From assembly GCA_973895155.1 (NCBI GenBank), contig OZ316899.1:1573573-1637572 (forward strand): a stretch of DNA of 64,000 nt, written 5' to 3'. The notes below the pieces were generated by a model, which worked only from the letters and a program-made list of their open reading frames with translations, did not search any database and was not told where the DNA came from. Positions within the stretch are counted from its first letter, which is position 1; each line of letters starts with the position of its first letter. Both the position numbers and the translations under genes were made by a program. This stretch comes from Marsupella aquatica. Lineage: Eukaryota; Plantae; Marchantiophyta. Below are positions 13,147 through 25,839 of the stretch, piece after piece.

Positions 13147-13640
13147 CATAATGATTTGTTGGAACATCATGGGAGAATTGCATAAGCTGGATGGCATTCT
13201 TCTAAAGGCGGAAGTACCCCACTCTATGATGAACGTCCTTTTGAGCTGGTTGGACAATTGAATCCAAATTTGGTTGTCACCCGAGAAGCAACCTAAGAAG
13301 GTGTATACTTCATTTTGGGCTACCATATTGAGGACCATGTCCGTATATGGTAGCGGATAATGATCCTTCCAAGTGTCGTCATTGAGCTTCCAATAATCTT
13401 GATAGATCCTAATTTTTGGCTTGTCATCCGGGCCTGCCTTCTTTGGGACCACTACTATAGGTGACACCCGGCCATTTGCTAGATGAAATGGGATAAATGA
13501 TATCCGCCACAATTAACTGGTCCAACTCTTCCTTGACTAATATGGAATGCCAAGGGTTTAACCGCCGCTGACTTTCTCGGATGGCATGGGCTCCCAAGTT
13601 AAGGTCAATAATGTAATCATTGTAATCAGGAGAGATTTTT
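13147..13640 (-). pseudogene. pol: Degenerate gypsy RT fragment
   Basis: VSPIVVVPKKAGPDDKPKIRIYQDYWKLN...KDHYPLPY...RMPSSLCNSP closely parallels the D pol RT region. Confidence 0.85.
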
Positions 13641-15340
13641 GTCAGATCTCAATGGCTTCAAGCAAATATGTCTTTGTATTCTTCAGGTAGCTTTTGAATT
13701 GCTTCAAACTATCAATTTGTGTCCAAAGCCGCGCAATCTCTACATCTTTCCCGGCTCCGGCTTGCGTAGCCAAGGCGGTCTTGGCTTCTGCTTCGGTGAT
13801 CTGGGCCAAGGCGGTTGCAAGCTAGGGCCAAAGAAGTTGTAGCTTGGTCTCTTGGGCTGAGGCTTCATTTAATAATTGGGTTGGCTCACCCCGATAGTGC
13901 TCTATCCTCTTTGGACTGGGCATGCCTTGCCTTTACTGTTGCAACCAATTCTTGGCTGAAGAAGTAAGCCACCTTGCGGGCCATAAACACCCCTACATCT
14001 TGACCCACTTCCACAAAGAAGTTGCCAAGCAACCCATTCAAATATGTACCCAGACCAAAGAATTATGGGTTCACAAGGTCATGCCCGCTAGGGTTCGGGC
14101 AAGGACCTCCCTCTATTTGGGTGGGGGTGGGGGCAGACAAATCCAGTTTTGGGGTGATGAGGACAGGGAGAGATGGATCTGCTGAGGAGGAGGGCTCTAT
14201 TGGGCTGGCGTGGGGGATGCTAGAGTCTCCTCCACGGTGAGGGGTTCCAACTTGGGGTCAGCTACCACGGGGCTGTCCGAGGCAGTTGCCCAAGCCTGGT
14301 TTTGTGCCTCCAAGTCTGCAATGACTGCCGTATTTGGCAAGGAAGAGGAAGCCCCAATAGTTGGCTTTGGGGTCAGGGCGGGGACAGGGGCCACGGGTAC
14401 TAGATTTTGGGCCTTGGGTTGGGCCTGTCTCTCTTGAGCCGGGAAGAGCCACCTAGACCAGATGAGTTTGGGCTCATGCACCGGGGAAGCGTTTGGTGAT
14501 CAAAACGGGCGTACCATTCTATGATGATTTCTATGTGGCTGGCCAAGTACATTTTTTCCCCCAAGGAACAAGGTCTTCCTTTGTCACTCCATCTCCTCGT
14601 GGAACTTCTTGATGAAGAACAAAGCCCACTTCCTAGGCCGGTAATTCTCTACCTGAATTACCTGGGCAGCGGATATCTCTCCCCATGGTTCCATCATGTG
14701 GAGCGCATATCGTTGAAACTCTAGTTGCTCCACCACCTCCAAGATGATACAAGTCTGCATAAGGAAGCCGTTGTCAACTGACCCCTCGGACGGGAAGCTA
14801 GACAAATGGTATTTGGCTCTCTTGCCCCTTGGCGCTCGTGACTCTACCCGATCTTTTCCTTCAGGTAAGTCAAAGATGAGCTTCAATCATGCCTCGTTTG
14901 AGGATATTACTCTTCCTTGCGCACGCATTTCTTGGCGGGCCTTGTCAAAGTTTTGGATAAACTCCGTCATGTCCTGCCCATAGTACCTGCAAGTGTTCCA
15001 AGGAAAAGTGGAGAGGTGCTCAAACCCTTGGATAATCAGGTAACATGCATGCTTTGGGTGGAGAATGTTTTTGTGGACATTCTCCCCCATCTGATGCATG
15101 GTCAATTTGGCCACCACAATGGTGGCTACAAGTAAGCCCGCTACTGAGGCCAGCTCCTTCCGCTTCTTACCCCAAGAGTGGTTCCCGGGGCGACTTGTTG
15201 AGGGGGGTAACTCTCCGTCTTCCCTCTCCGGTGGTGACGGTATTGCTACCACCGTTAATACTGGTGTCGGGGCCGCAACCTGACCGTGTTGTCCACCAGG
15301 GCTGTCTCCCAGGTTCAGGCTTGTTGCGATGATGACGCAA
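13640..15340 (-). pseudogene. Older degenerate copy of the A/C-type LTR ORF, joined directly to the RT fragment
   Basis: HKNILHPKHACYL...FQRYALHMMEPWGEISAAQVIQVENYRPRKW is homologous to the A and C ORFs; many stops and frameshifts. Confidence 0.8.
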
Positions 15341-15389
15341 TGCCCACCACATGTCGATAGGTACCCGTGTTGCGGACAAAGGAGTGTGG

Positions 15390-18300
15390 TAGAGTGGTCA
15401 TAATGTTAAATAACAATTTAATATTGGAGGACTTGAATTCATTCCCTTGAAGAGCTAATGAGAAGTGAATTGGTATTGAAAAGAACAAATAGGTTGTTAA
15501 TTGGGCATAACCTTGCCAAGGAGTTCTCTCTCCAGAGGATTGATGGTAATCAATGCACAAAACTAACAATTAAAGAAAGATATGGAAATGACTAGTAGAA
15601 ATGTCTTTTCAATTGGCTTATGCAAAGAGATGATGGAAAATGATGACCCTCCAGTAGATCAACAAGATCCTGGATTTTTAAGATTCAAAATGCAACAGGG
15701 CTCACAACATGGCCGAATTAAAATAGACATCCAACATTAACTAGAAATTGACATGGAGATCTAGTTATCAAACCAATAATTCTTTCTGGTTAACAAGTGG
15801 CGACGGTACTAGAATGCTAGAATTGGTATCTTCTCACACAAAAGTCTTAGATTGTCAAATTGATAACTTCTCAATCAAATTTAGATGATTACTCATGGTA
15901 AGGAAACATTCCATTTCAACTACTAAAACAGCAGGAGTTCAATGCTACCAAGAATCCACATGAGTAATTCAAATCCAAATTCAATTTCCAAGTATGATGT
16001 CAAATTGTCTAAGTATTAACTTCTCAACAGGAGAAGGAGTCTGCAGTTCTACTCACAACAGGTCAAGGCTCAACAGGAGCACCTGAGGAGGAGCTTCTAT
16101 GCTTCTAACAGAAACTGAGAACTGAAAAGAAAAGTAACTGTTGTCCTACTTAAGATGCTAGAGGAAAAGGGGGAAAGATCCCAAAAGGTAAAGTACCGTT
16201 TCCGGTTTTCATGGAAGGAAAAGTAATTGTCATTCAAAATCCAAAGTGACAACAAAGGAAGATCCGGAAATGAGTATAAGGCATTATCCGGAAATGGATT
16301 TCTGGGTTTACTACAAAATCCGGATTTTGATCATAACCGGATCTGGAAATCCTAAATCTAATTTCTAATGAACTACGAAGCTACTAAACTACTGGAGAAT
16401 CATCTTCTATGTCTACTCGAACTGGTTCACGTGTAGTATCAACTGGACTAACAGGCTTCTGAGAAGTTGGGGTCCTAAAACTAATAGTAGCCTCCACATT
16501 CTTTGGGTCCAAGGGAGAACTGCGTAGGGGACTGATAGTCGAAGGTGAAATAGATGGAAAACAAAACTCAACCTTCTCAAATCCGGGTGGGGTATCTTCT
16601 ACTTTGATTGCATCTATAATCACAGGGGACATACCGGATTCTGACAGGGTTCAACATGGACTTTGCATCCGAAATGGCTTTCTCTATCTGGTTAAACGCT
16701 CTTGTGATCTTCTTGGCAAACCGGTACGTTATTGCACTCAATAACCTTAGCAAGAGTGCCTGGGTTGGCAGTCGCTAAGTACTTATCAATCAGGTTGGCT
16801 TCCAACAAGCCCAAGGCCGGTACATGAAGCGCTTCCTGAACACTGGTGATTGCTCCATTCAAAAGCTTCCGGATCTGAAGATGGTCCTCCAACTTCTTCT
16901 GTGCAACATCCAACTGGTCTACCAAGGAGTCAATCTTCCTTCTGTCCTTGTCTGCATGGTCTTCTAAGTCCCAGATCTTCTTCTTGGCCTGACTTTTAAT
17001 CACCATATCCAAAATGGAAATGATGACAACCGGACTGCAGTTGAGCATCTCAACAACTTTCCTTACAAGATCCTCGAGCTGCTTAGCCTTTCCGGTTGCA
17101 CTCTCCATGAATGTCCGGACATGTTCCAACTCTGCTGATGCCGTCCACTTGGAACTTGGGGTCACACCCGGAAGACTTCCTCTGCTTTCCAGTCTCCGGT
17201 TCCGGACTTTGAACTAACCTCTTCCGGGTCCTAGGAGGTTGCACTTCAACAACCAGATCTTCTTCTGATTCTGTCCCTTCTGATTGCTGCCGGTCCGGAT
17301 CTCCAAGTTGAGCCAACATGGCTTGGTTCTCATACTCCTCTGCTTCTTCGTCTGTCAACACCGGTCCATGGAGTACATGTTAGCCAGGTAGCACGAAAGG
17401 GAGGTGGGGGTCTTCAAATGAAGATTTTGGACTTCCTTAGCAATGACCTCCTCCAACACCTTTGCCCAAGAAATCTTCTTCTCACCAACGTAGGAAGCGG
17501 TAATGGTATTCCCAATCCGGATTGTAACTTGACGAGGTTTGGCAAGGGATAGAATTGGTAATAGGAAGGACACGACATCAAAGAACTCCTCATTATAGCA
17601 CTGAGACACCTTCCAGCCATCCTTTGGATCTACTTTGCCATCAAAATAGTTGTCAGCAAAATTCTTCTTTGAAGTTAGAAAGCTCTCTCCTTTCAATGGC
17701 ACATCCAACAATGATGAAATGACAACCGCTGTCCACTTTCCCGGATTTCCTCTAATAGAATCCAGAAATTCCGAACTAAGGGTCGCACGATTCCGAACCT
17801 CCTTCACGAACATCGCACTCTGGTAACCCCATGGTAACTCGAGTAGCTTTGCACAGCCCATCACCTCTAAATTGTTCTGAAGTCGGGCCTTTCTTTCGGG
17901 ATCCGACGGGATCTCGGGTCGCAATGGTTTCTCATTAACCATGACAGTCCGCTCCTTGGTTGTACACTTAGGCATCATCCGGATTCCAGATTTTTCTGGG
18001 GCAAAATCTGGATCCTTTCTTTTCACCATGATGAGGCGATGGAGAGAAAGAAACCAAATTAAAATCCCTTCACAAAAATCCAAAAATCTCAAATCCAGAA
18101 ATTGGAATCAAGTCGCCACTTCCCCACTCAATCGAACGATCACCCACTTCCCCCGTAACCAGTTCCTCACGACTAATGCCTCAAATTGGCAGCCTTGTTT
18201 GACTCTATTCTCTCCAATCCTTCAGACTAAAGATTTCCACAGCATCTCGGTGTGTGGACTGCAGTTCAAACAATTGCCTTAAGAACTCGGAAACCAAGTC

Positions 18301-18535
18301 TCAGTCTCGGCCGGATGCTCAACCTATGGTTTTATCTTCATTCTCATACGCCTTCTCTTGTGGTGCGACTGTACCAGTATTTTAAAGTTCCAAAAAGTGT
18401 GCTATCCGGATATGTCCGGATTTTGTACTGTAAACTAGACTTTGTAGCCATTTTTGGGTTTATTATACTCCATTAACCCGGTAATGAGACAATTTTTCAC
18501 TTTTTAATTTCTTTGGACATTGCCATGATATCACA
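15390..18535 (-). repeat. Element B 3' LTR (~3.15 kb), contains an accessory ORF
   Basis: Starts TGTGATATC at 18535, 3 nt after the PPT (18539-18548); its distal end matches the PBS-adjacent 5' LTR remnant. The last ~10 bp are not clearly aligned. Confidence 0.82.
16384..18092 (-). pseudogene. LTR-encoded accessory ORF of element B, fragmented
   Basis: Pieces 17355-18092, 17083-17361, 16692-17165 and 16384-16632; LLELPWG...LLPILSLAKP...ISWAKV domain followed by acidic and coiled-coil segments. Confidence 0.72.
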
Positions 18536-18538
18536 TAA

Positions 18539-18548
18539 CTCCCTCCCC
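18539..18548 (-). promoter_or_regulatory. Polypurine tract of element B
   Basis: GGGGAGGGAG on minus, between the integrase stop (18575) and the LTR start TGTG. Confidence 0.85.
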
Positions 18549-18574
18549 AACCGGTGCAGCACCCTTGCAAACTG

Positions 18575-21097
18575 TCAAGAGGTGGAGTGATATTTCTTAA
18601 CTCGAGATCCATTAACTCGAGTCAATAAAACTTCACCTTGTAAATCCTCCAATTGTAAAGAACCATTAGCAAATATCTCTTTGACTTTATAGGGCCCAAG
18701 CCACCTGTTATGAAGCTTCCCCAGAAATAACATGTAATGATTATCAAAAAGTAGAACCAAATCACCTGGTAAAATCTTCACTTCTTTGAGCTTAGCATCA
18801 TATCTCTTTGCATGGCCTACTTGTTGTTTCTCTGTCTCAATCAAAGCATAATTGCAATCTTCTTCTAACTTCTCCAAATTCTGTAACCTGATAGTCTGAC
18901 TTGACTCCTCATCCAACCGAGTGGTATCAGATATCTGATAGGTGGGTACCTCAAATTCCACCGGGACAATACTATGAAGTCCATAAATCAAGTAAAAAGG
19001 AGTTTGCTTAGTTGTGATTTTCTCAGCTGTCCGATATGCCCATAATGCGGAATGTAATTTTAAATCCCAATCTGACTTGTGTCCAGCCACCGTCTTTAGT
19101 AAGATGCGTTCCATCAACCCGTTAGCTTTCTCAGTGAGTCCATTAGCTTTAGGATTGTAAGGGGTGGTTTTCTATGACGGATCAGATATGTATCAGTGAG
19201 ACTTTGGATAGTACTGTTGAGAAAATGAAGACCTCTATCAACTCCAAAGGGCAACCAAATCTTACCAAGATATTTTCAAAGATGAATTTAGCTGCTATCT
19301 GAGCATCATTTTTCCTGGTTGCTCTAGCTTCCACCCACTTTGTTGCATAATCTGTCGCAAGAGTGATGTATCAATTTCTGGTTCTTGCTGAGGGAGGTTG
19401 AATGGGGCCCACAAAATCTATGCTCCACTTCTCAAAAGGTGCTAAAGGCATAAAGGAGTTAAAGGCCAATGAGAAGTGGAAGTAGGTTTACCCATTCTCT
19501 GACATGGATCAAAGCTTGGATGTAAGACTGAGTATCCCTATACATAGTTGGCCACCAGTATCCAACATTCCGGATTTTCTTCACAGTGTTCATTAATGCA
19601 TAATGTCCACCAACCTCTTTTGTATGCATGGCCTGAATGACAGTCTTGATCTCCTTCTTCTCGAGACATCTCTTCAACTCTTGGTCTGGAGTCTGCTTGT
19701 ACAACACACCTTCTCGTAAGGTATAAGGCCCAACCTTATGGATGAAGATTGCTTGTTGCTCCTTGTTCAAATTCTCTGGTAAAACATCCAAAGTCAGAAG
19801 TTTCATGATATTTGCATACCAAGAATCCTCCTCATGAACACAAAAAATGTCTTCATCCGGAAATCAATCATTCAATGGAGATTCATTCGCCTCACCGTCT
19901 AATCTAGAGAGAAAATCAGCATTCTCATGATGTTTTCCGGGTCAAACTTCCACAGTAAAGTCAAATTCTTGTAGTAAAAGAACCCATCTAGCAATTCTTC
20001 CCGAAAGGTCAGTTTGATTGACTAATATTTCAGCAAAGAATGGTCACTGTGAAATATCGTATGATATCCCAAAAGATAGTGTCTGAACTTCTCTTTTTGT
20101 GACAATATAGTTCTTCTCAGCATGGTTCATTTGTCTACTAGCATAGAAGATAGGATGGTCAGGGTATTTACAAACGACAACAAAAAGCAAACAGTAACAG
20201 GAAACGGAAACTGGTAACAGGAAAATGAGTGGTCATTTAAAAAAAAAATTAAAAATTGCTGAAAATATTTTTTTGCTAGCGCCCGGCGGTGGTAATGGTA
20301 GCGTCCAAAGCTAGCCAAAAAATGTTGTCGGCAATTTATTTTTTTTGAAAATGTGATTTTTTAGGAAATATTTTTACATTGTTATTTTTTGGTAATAGTA
20401 AATTTTTGCTGGTACCAGTAAACCTGTTTCCTATTTACTGTCATGCATGTCATACCCGGATGGTCCTTACCTGCTTTGTCCTTCTGACTGAGGACTGCCC
20501 CAACACAAAATGCCGAAGCGTCAATGTACACATGAAAAGGCTTATCCCAATCAGGTGGTATCAGCACAAGGGCAAACACCAACTTATCCTTAAAATTCCG
20601 GAAAGCTGTTTGTCAAGCTTCCATCCAGGCATATTCAACATCCTTCTTCAACAACTGAGTCAGGGGCATTGCAATCTCAGCATATTTATGAATGAATCTT
20701 TGGTAGTATCCCACATGACCTAAAAATGCTCTCAACTCTTAAATTAGCAGGGGGTTGAAGATTTTGAATAATCTTCACTTTTTTAGCATCTACTTCTATC
20801 CCTTTCTGAGAGATCACATGTCCCAACAACACTCTTTTTGGCATCCCATGAAATATTTTTCTTGATGTAAACAAAGGCGAGCTTCTCTGCATTTCTGGAA
20901 AATAAATCTCAGCTTTTCCAGATGATCCTCTTCCGTACTGAAGACATAAAAATCATCAATAAAAATTTCCAAAAATCTATGAAGGTGTTCTTGAAAAATA
21001 ATCATCATGATCCTTTGAAAGCTTCCTGGGGCATTGCAGAGTCCAAATGGCATTACTGAGAAAGCATATGTGCCCCAGTCCGTAGTGAATGTGGTCT
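18575..21097 (-). pseudogene. pol: Element B pol, 3' part (end of RT, RNase H, integrase), disrupted; contains the 297-bp MULE insert
   Basis: MPFGLCNAPG, FIDDF, FHVYIDAS, GGHYA...YWWPTM, GPY GPY/F motif (RWLGPYKV); multiple stops and frameshifts; no chromodomain seen. Confidence 0.9.
20161..20457. mobile_element. 297-bp non-autonomous Mutator-like (MITE-like) element related to the MULE at 47513-58778
   Basis: Perfect 8-bp TSD GGATGGTC (20153-20160, 20458-20465) in RNase H; ends AGGGTATTTACAAACGACA and ...TGTCATACCC resemble the large MULE ends; GGTAACAG subterminal motifs; one palindrome variant at 20278-20290. Confidence 0.85.
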
Positions 21098-24000
21098 TGT
21101 GATGCCTAGCCAGGAATCACTAGGCCAGTTTAAATGATAAAATAAGGAGTAAACCCTGGAAACACATTAGTATAGTAGCAAAAATATGGAAAATATAAAC
21201 AATTAAGGGTGGCTATGGAATCCAAGCCGAGGTCGGAAGTAAAAATGCCAGGGGAGGGAACACGATTAGGGTTAGGGCGCGCTAAGTGTCGGTGGCTATA
21301 GGTAACTAACAGGAAGGAAGACCAGTCAGGGAGGGGTAAGGATCGATCGCAAGGAATGGCGGCTCATTTGCAAGCACAAACTAAGCAAACAACTACGGGA
21401 GGCCAACTATTGTCCGTTGCTTAGTCAAGCACTCGGGGTGGAAGCAAATATCGACAATCAACTCAAGAAGGGTATGAGCAACGTCAATCAAGTTGTTCAA
21501 TTTTGGGGATGTCTGTTAGAACGGGCAACTGAGTACATTGGGACCTACAAGGACAAAGAATCGGAGAGAGCCGCTCGAGAATGGCAGGAGCTCGCTCGAC
21601 TGTGTGAGTTGCAGAAGTCTGCCTTCTTAGGAGGAGAACTCATTACGGCTGAATTCTTGTGGATGACTACTGGCGACAAACTCGATGATCTTTTGTTTTG
21701 TGAGAACAGAACAGTCGGCATCCAGGAGGCCATCAACCGCTGCAACGACATACACTGGGAGTTGAAGGGTAGCACGGAGGGGTGGACGAAGGCAACCATG
21801 CTAGGAGAAACATCCACGGCAGCCGCTATGAAGAGGAAAGGGAACATCAATGAAGAGACCACCCCTGTGAAGAGAACAAGGTCGGCGGCACCAAGGAAGC
21901 CAGCCGAGCAAGGGAGTTGGAGGCAGGAAGAAGCCAAAGAAGAGGAGGTCGACCCCATCAATGTCGTTCCAACAAGGGATGACACCTAGAAAGGTTGGGC
22001 GGCGACCCTCCCCAAGGGAGTGCAATTACACTTTGCACACAAAGAGGATGCATGCTTTACGGCTATGCAGACTCGGAAGTACCAGGGCTTCATGGCCGGA
22101 TCCGGCTTGGAAGCCTTCGTAAAGTTACCATGGCTAAAGCCGGAGGTGTCGGATTCAGACTTATTAGAATTCGTGGGATCTTGGGAGCCCGAGACCAATT
22201 CCACAAGGGTGTATGGGAAAGAATTCTATCTCACTCCCCGAGTGATTGCCAAAGTGTTTGGCTTGCCGACTGGCAATAAGACCAAAGTAGATACCCGAAA
22301 GACCTTGCCAGACAAGTAGTTCCGATCGTTCCCAGGGCCATCAACAAAGAATGGCTTCTTTCAGAACACCTGCACCAACCTGCACATAGGAGAGATAATT
22401 GATTTCTTGCGGGTAACCATGCACTGCAACTTGCCGAGGCCAGAGATTGGCAAGGCACAAGTTTACCTGGCGGAGAGGCCAGACCCCAGCCGGGACTACA
22501 ACGGATACCTCCTCACCCAATTGAAGAAAATCTTGAAGGAGGAACAGTAGGTGATTGGCAAGGGAAGCATGTCCCGGCTTGGCTATCATATGCCGTTGTT
22601 GTGCTGGTATGCCCGAAGTCAGATATTTGCCCCTGTACTTCCCCTTCAAGCAAGAGCACCAAAGGAGGTTCCGGAACAGAGGCCGACAATAGAGAAACCG
22701 ACCCAACCCAATACTCCTATAATCAAGCAGGTGTTTAGGCCGAGGAAGGAGGACTTGCCAATGCAGCAACTAGGCATGCAAAATCTGCTGAAATTGCTGG
22801 AGAAGGAAAGGAGAATGGCAACGGCAACGGGACCGGTACAGAATACTGCTCCCAAAGTTGGCCTAAGCCAACTTACCAGGGAAAACCCCTTCATTGGGGT
22901 CAAGGAGAGGAGGCCGGAACATGAGCCGGGAGTCCGAATGTATGTAGGAGCCTCAAGTCCTGAAGCCAAGGAAAAGCAGCCCGAAGCTCCTGGTCGCGAC
23001 AGGGAGAAGAAGAGATCAACGTGGAAACCGGAGGAACCAGGACCCGTGATCTGTGAGGCCGTGTTCACGGAAAAACCAGGAGAGCAGCGGGGGGAGCCGG
23101 TAGTCCAAGTCGCAGAGGAGGCGGTAGAAGGCTACAAACATGATGACTCCGGCTACGGGTCGGACCATCATGTTCCAGGAGTAAGGACCTGTGGCAGGTT
23201 CATCCCCACTCTTCCAAGAGTAGTTCGAGGGGACCCCACCTAGCAGAGCAGCCCCAAGTCTCCCCCACCAGATGTTGCTCCCCCAAGCTTTGACGGCATA
23301 AAACAGATGGCACAAGAGTTTCAGGAGCAACTCAGGGAGGAAGAGAAGGCAGCCCTGGCTAGGGAGAAAGATTTACCAGGGGGAGAATGGCCAGAGCACA
23401 TCAGGCGGCTTGCAAAAAATGAAGCAACCCTCCAGCCACGATAGAAGAAATCCGCAAGGCGGCTTGGGAACAAAGACCGCAATGGTTGATGCCGATGACT
23501 ACTACTCACTCCGCCTATGCTAAAGAAAGAGCCATGGAGTACGGGGAGATGTGCGGGGAACTTGTGCTCAACATCTTTGGGGAGGAGTTGGAGTAGGGAC
23601 CCTTTTTCCAGAGGGAGATGTTGGAGAAGCGCCGATTAGAAGAAGCGGTGGCTTTGGAGAGAAGCAAGAAGGACGAGGTCATCCGTCGGCTTAGGGCAAG
23701 GGAAGTCGAGGTAGAAGACCTGAAGGCGGCCAAGAAAGCCCAAGATGAGCTGCGGATTAAGCGGCATGAGCTAAACATCATGCAGGGGCAATTGGATACC
23801 ACGCAGTCTGATAATCAGATTATCAAGGACAAATTGACTCGGACCCAAGGAGAGTTGGCCGATGCGATCAAGGAGAAGGAGAAGTGGAAGCGAGAGCTGA
23901 GAGACGTAGAGGAGGCCCACATAGCAGCCAACAACCGGGCCATGGCGGAGACCCAGAGAAGGAAGAGGGTGTTGAAGGGGGAGCTCAAGGATATCCGCGG

Positions 24001-25738
24001 AGCCCTTGAGCAGAAGGAGCCGAGTTAGGAAAATCCTATCAGGCAATCATTGTGCTACGATAGGAGCTTGCATCCCTGACGGCCAGCTTCAAGGCCGACC
24101 TCCGTGAGAAAGACAACCAGCTCGACCAGACTATGCCAAGATGAATAAAATGGAGTCTGAGGTCATAACGGAGCTTGACAAGGAGCTAAGAGCAACCCAG
24201 GAAGAGAGGGCTACCTTAGAAAAGAAGCTAGAGGAAGCCCAGAGAGAGTTGGAGGAAGCCCAGAAGGAGCGGGAGGAGGCGCGCAAGGACCTGGATGAAT
24301 TGCAGGAGGAGTTGGAGGAAAGCACGCGGAAGATGGAGAACTTACAGTGGCAAGCCGACAACCAAACGGAGCGGCTGAAGAAATAGGTGCTTGGCTTCCT
24401 CAAGTCCAACTCCAATAGGGGCAACCAAGTTGCCAAGAGTAGTACTGGCCGAAGGACAAGCCAAGACACTCGCACCGGTGCCGGAGGTAAGTGGCAAGGG
24501 GAAGGGACCAGCTGCCAAAACAAGGAAGAAGAAAAAGCAAAAACCTTTTGGGTCAGGGAGTAACACGGCTTCTCAAGCCATCGTGACCAAGGAGGTAAAC
24601 CCAGCACCAACCTCAGGCAGGGTCACGGCAGAGGATCCAACTGTCCTACAAGGCGGGGATGGCAAGGGCAAAGCCAAAATGCTCAGTGATGAGGCCGGTG
24701 TACCAAATCCACCACTAGAACAGGTCGGGGAAGCCGTAACCATATCGGAGGCCGTGGCCAACGCTGAGGCCGAAGCCAAGGGTGGATCCAGTCAGGCCGA
24801 TGGAGGTTGACTTGGTCTGGAGCAGGTAATCTGTCAGAGGATGGACCTACGGTAGTGGCTGCAGAGGAAGTGTTGGGGGCGTCCATTGAGGATCAGCCAC
24901 CACTACCATGACGGTGGTGGAGGGCCACTCCTTTTAAGGAGGGCGGACGTGGAGGGAGGAGGCGTGAGTGGGCAGGGCGGGCTCTGATCTCCAAGTTTAG
25001 AATTAGGATCAGGATCGGGAGGCGATCCTGACACTTAGTTTAGTGGGATTGCGGATCCACTGGTAAGAGCAACACTTGTGCTCCTGCCTCGCTGTACATA
25101 GGTAGATTACGGACAGGTTAGATTAGGCTTACGCTGCAAGGAATTGGGCGGATCCACTGCCAAGATAAGTACTTGGGCAGCGGGGGGGTTCAGGGCCTTC
25201 TTCCTTAGCAAGTTTTTAGTGCACCAGCAGGGCTGGGATCAAGTAGTTAAAGAAGCTCTCGGTTAGTTATGCTGTGACCCGTGTGTATATTCATGTTTCC
25301 TCATACCTAAGAGATGAATAGAGTTGGTCTCACGGCTTAGTTCACAGATCTTGTGTATGAGAAGTATTGTTTGTATGGCAAGTGCATGGTATAACTCAGT
25401 CAGAAGGAGTAAGCAAGGTAGTAAGAGTTGGATGTGCCGAGCTGAGAGAGGTCTTAGCGACTTACCCAAGCCAGTTGGGGATCATTCCGGCGGCGGAATC
25501 CAAACATACCTAAAGGGAGACCAGGAGAGGAGGACAATGGAAGGCATAGAAGAGGCCGGCTACACATCTCATGACCCGATGAAGAATCTGTCCAATATAT
25601 GTGTGTAAAATGTTAGTCAAAGTTAGCAGCGTCCCATGCCGCTAAGCCGCAAAACCGGCCTCACCAAGAGCAAAACCTGCGGGAATCAGCTTGTGCAGGG
25701 GGGTTTCTTGGGTTCAGGGAGCCATGGGACGCACCACA
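21098..25738 (+). mobile_element. 4641-bp solo LTR of gypsy family D, protein-coding
   Basis: TGTGATGCC...CACCACA, perfect 5-bp TSD GGTCT (21093-21097, 25739-25743); homologous to the D LTRs. Confidence 0.93.
21357..24810 (+). pseudogene. LTR-encoded PMD-like/coiled-coil ORF (D-type), several premature stops
   Basis: Pieces 21417-21989, 22020-22319, 22551-23243, 23618-24028, 24141-24386 and 24391-24810 are collinear with 60751-63998. Confidence 0.85.
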
Positions 25739-25839
25739 GGTCTTGTCACGGTCTTCCTCCTTGACTGAAATTTGATTGTATCTAGAGTAACTGTCAAGGA
25801 AGCTGAAAAGGTCATGTCATGCAACTGTATCTAAAACAA
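25739..25839 (-). pseudogene. pol: 101-bp island of element B RT between two solo LTRs
   Basis: Translates as VLDTVA*HDLFSFLDSYSRYNQISVKEEDRDKT and bridges PFIDIV (30440) to KTTFTTDWG (21097). Confidence 0.92.
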
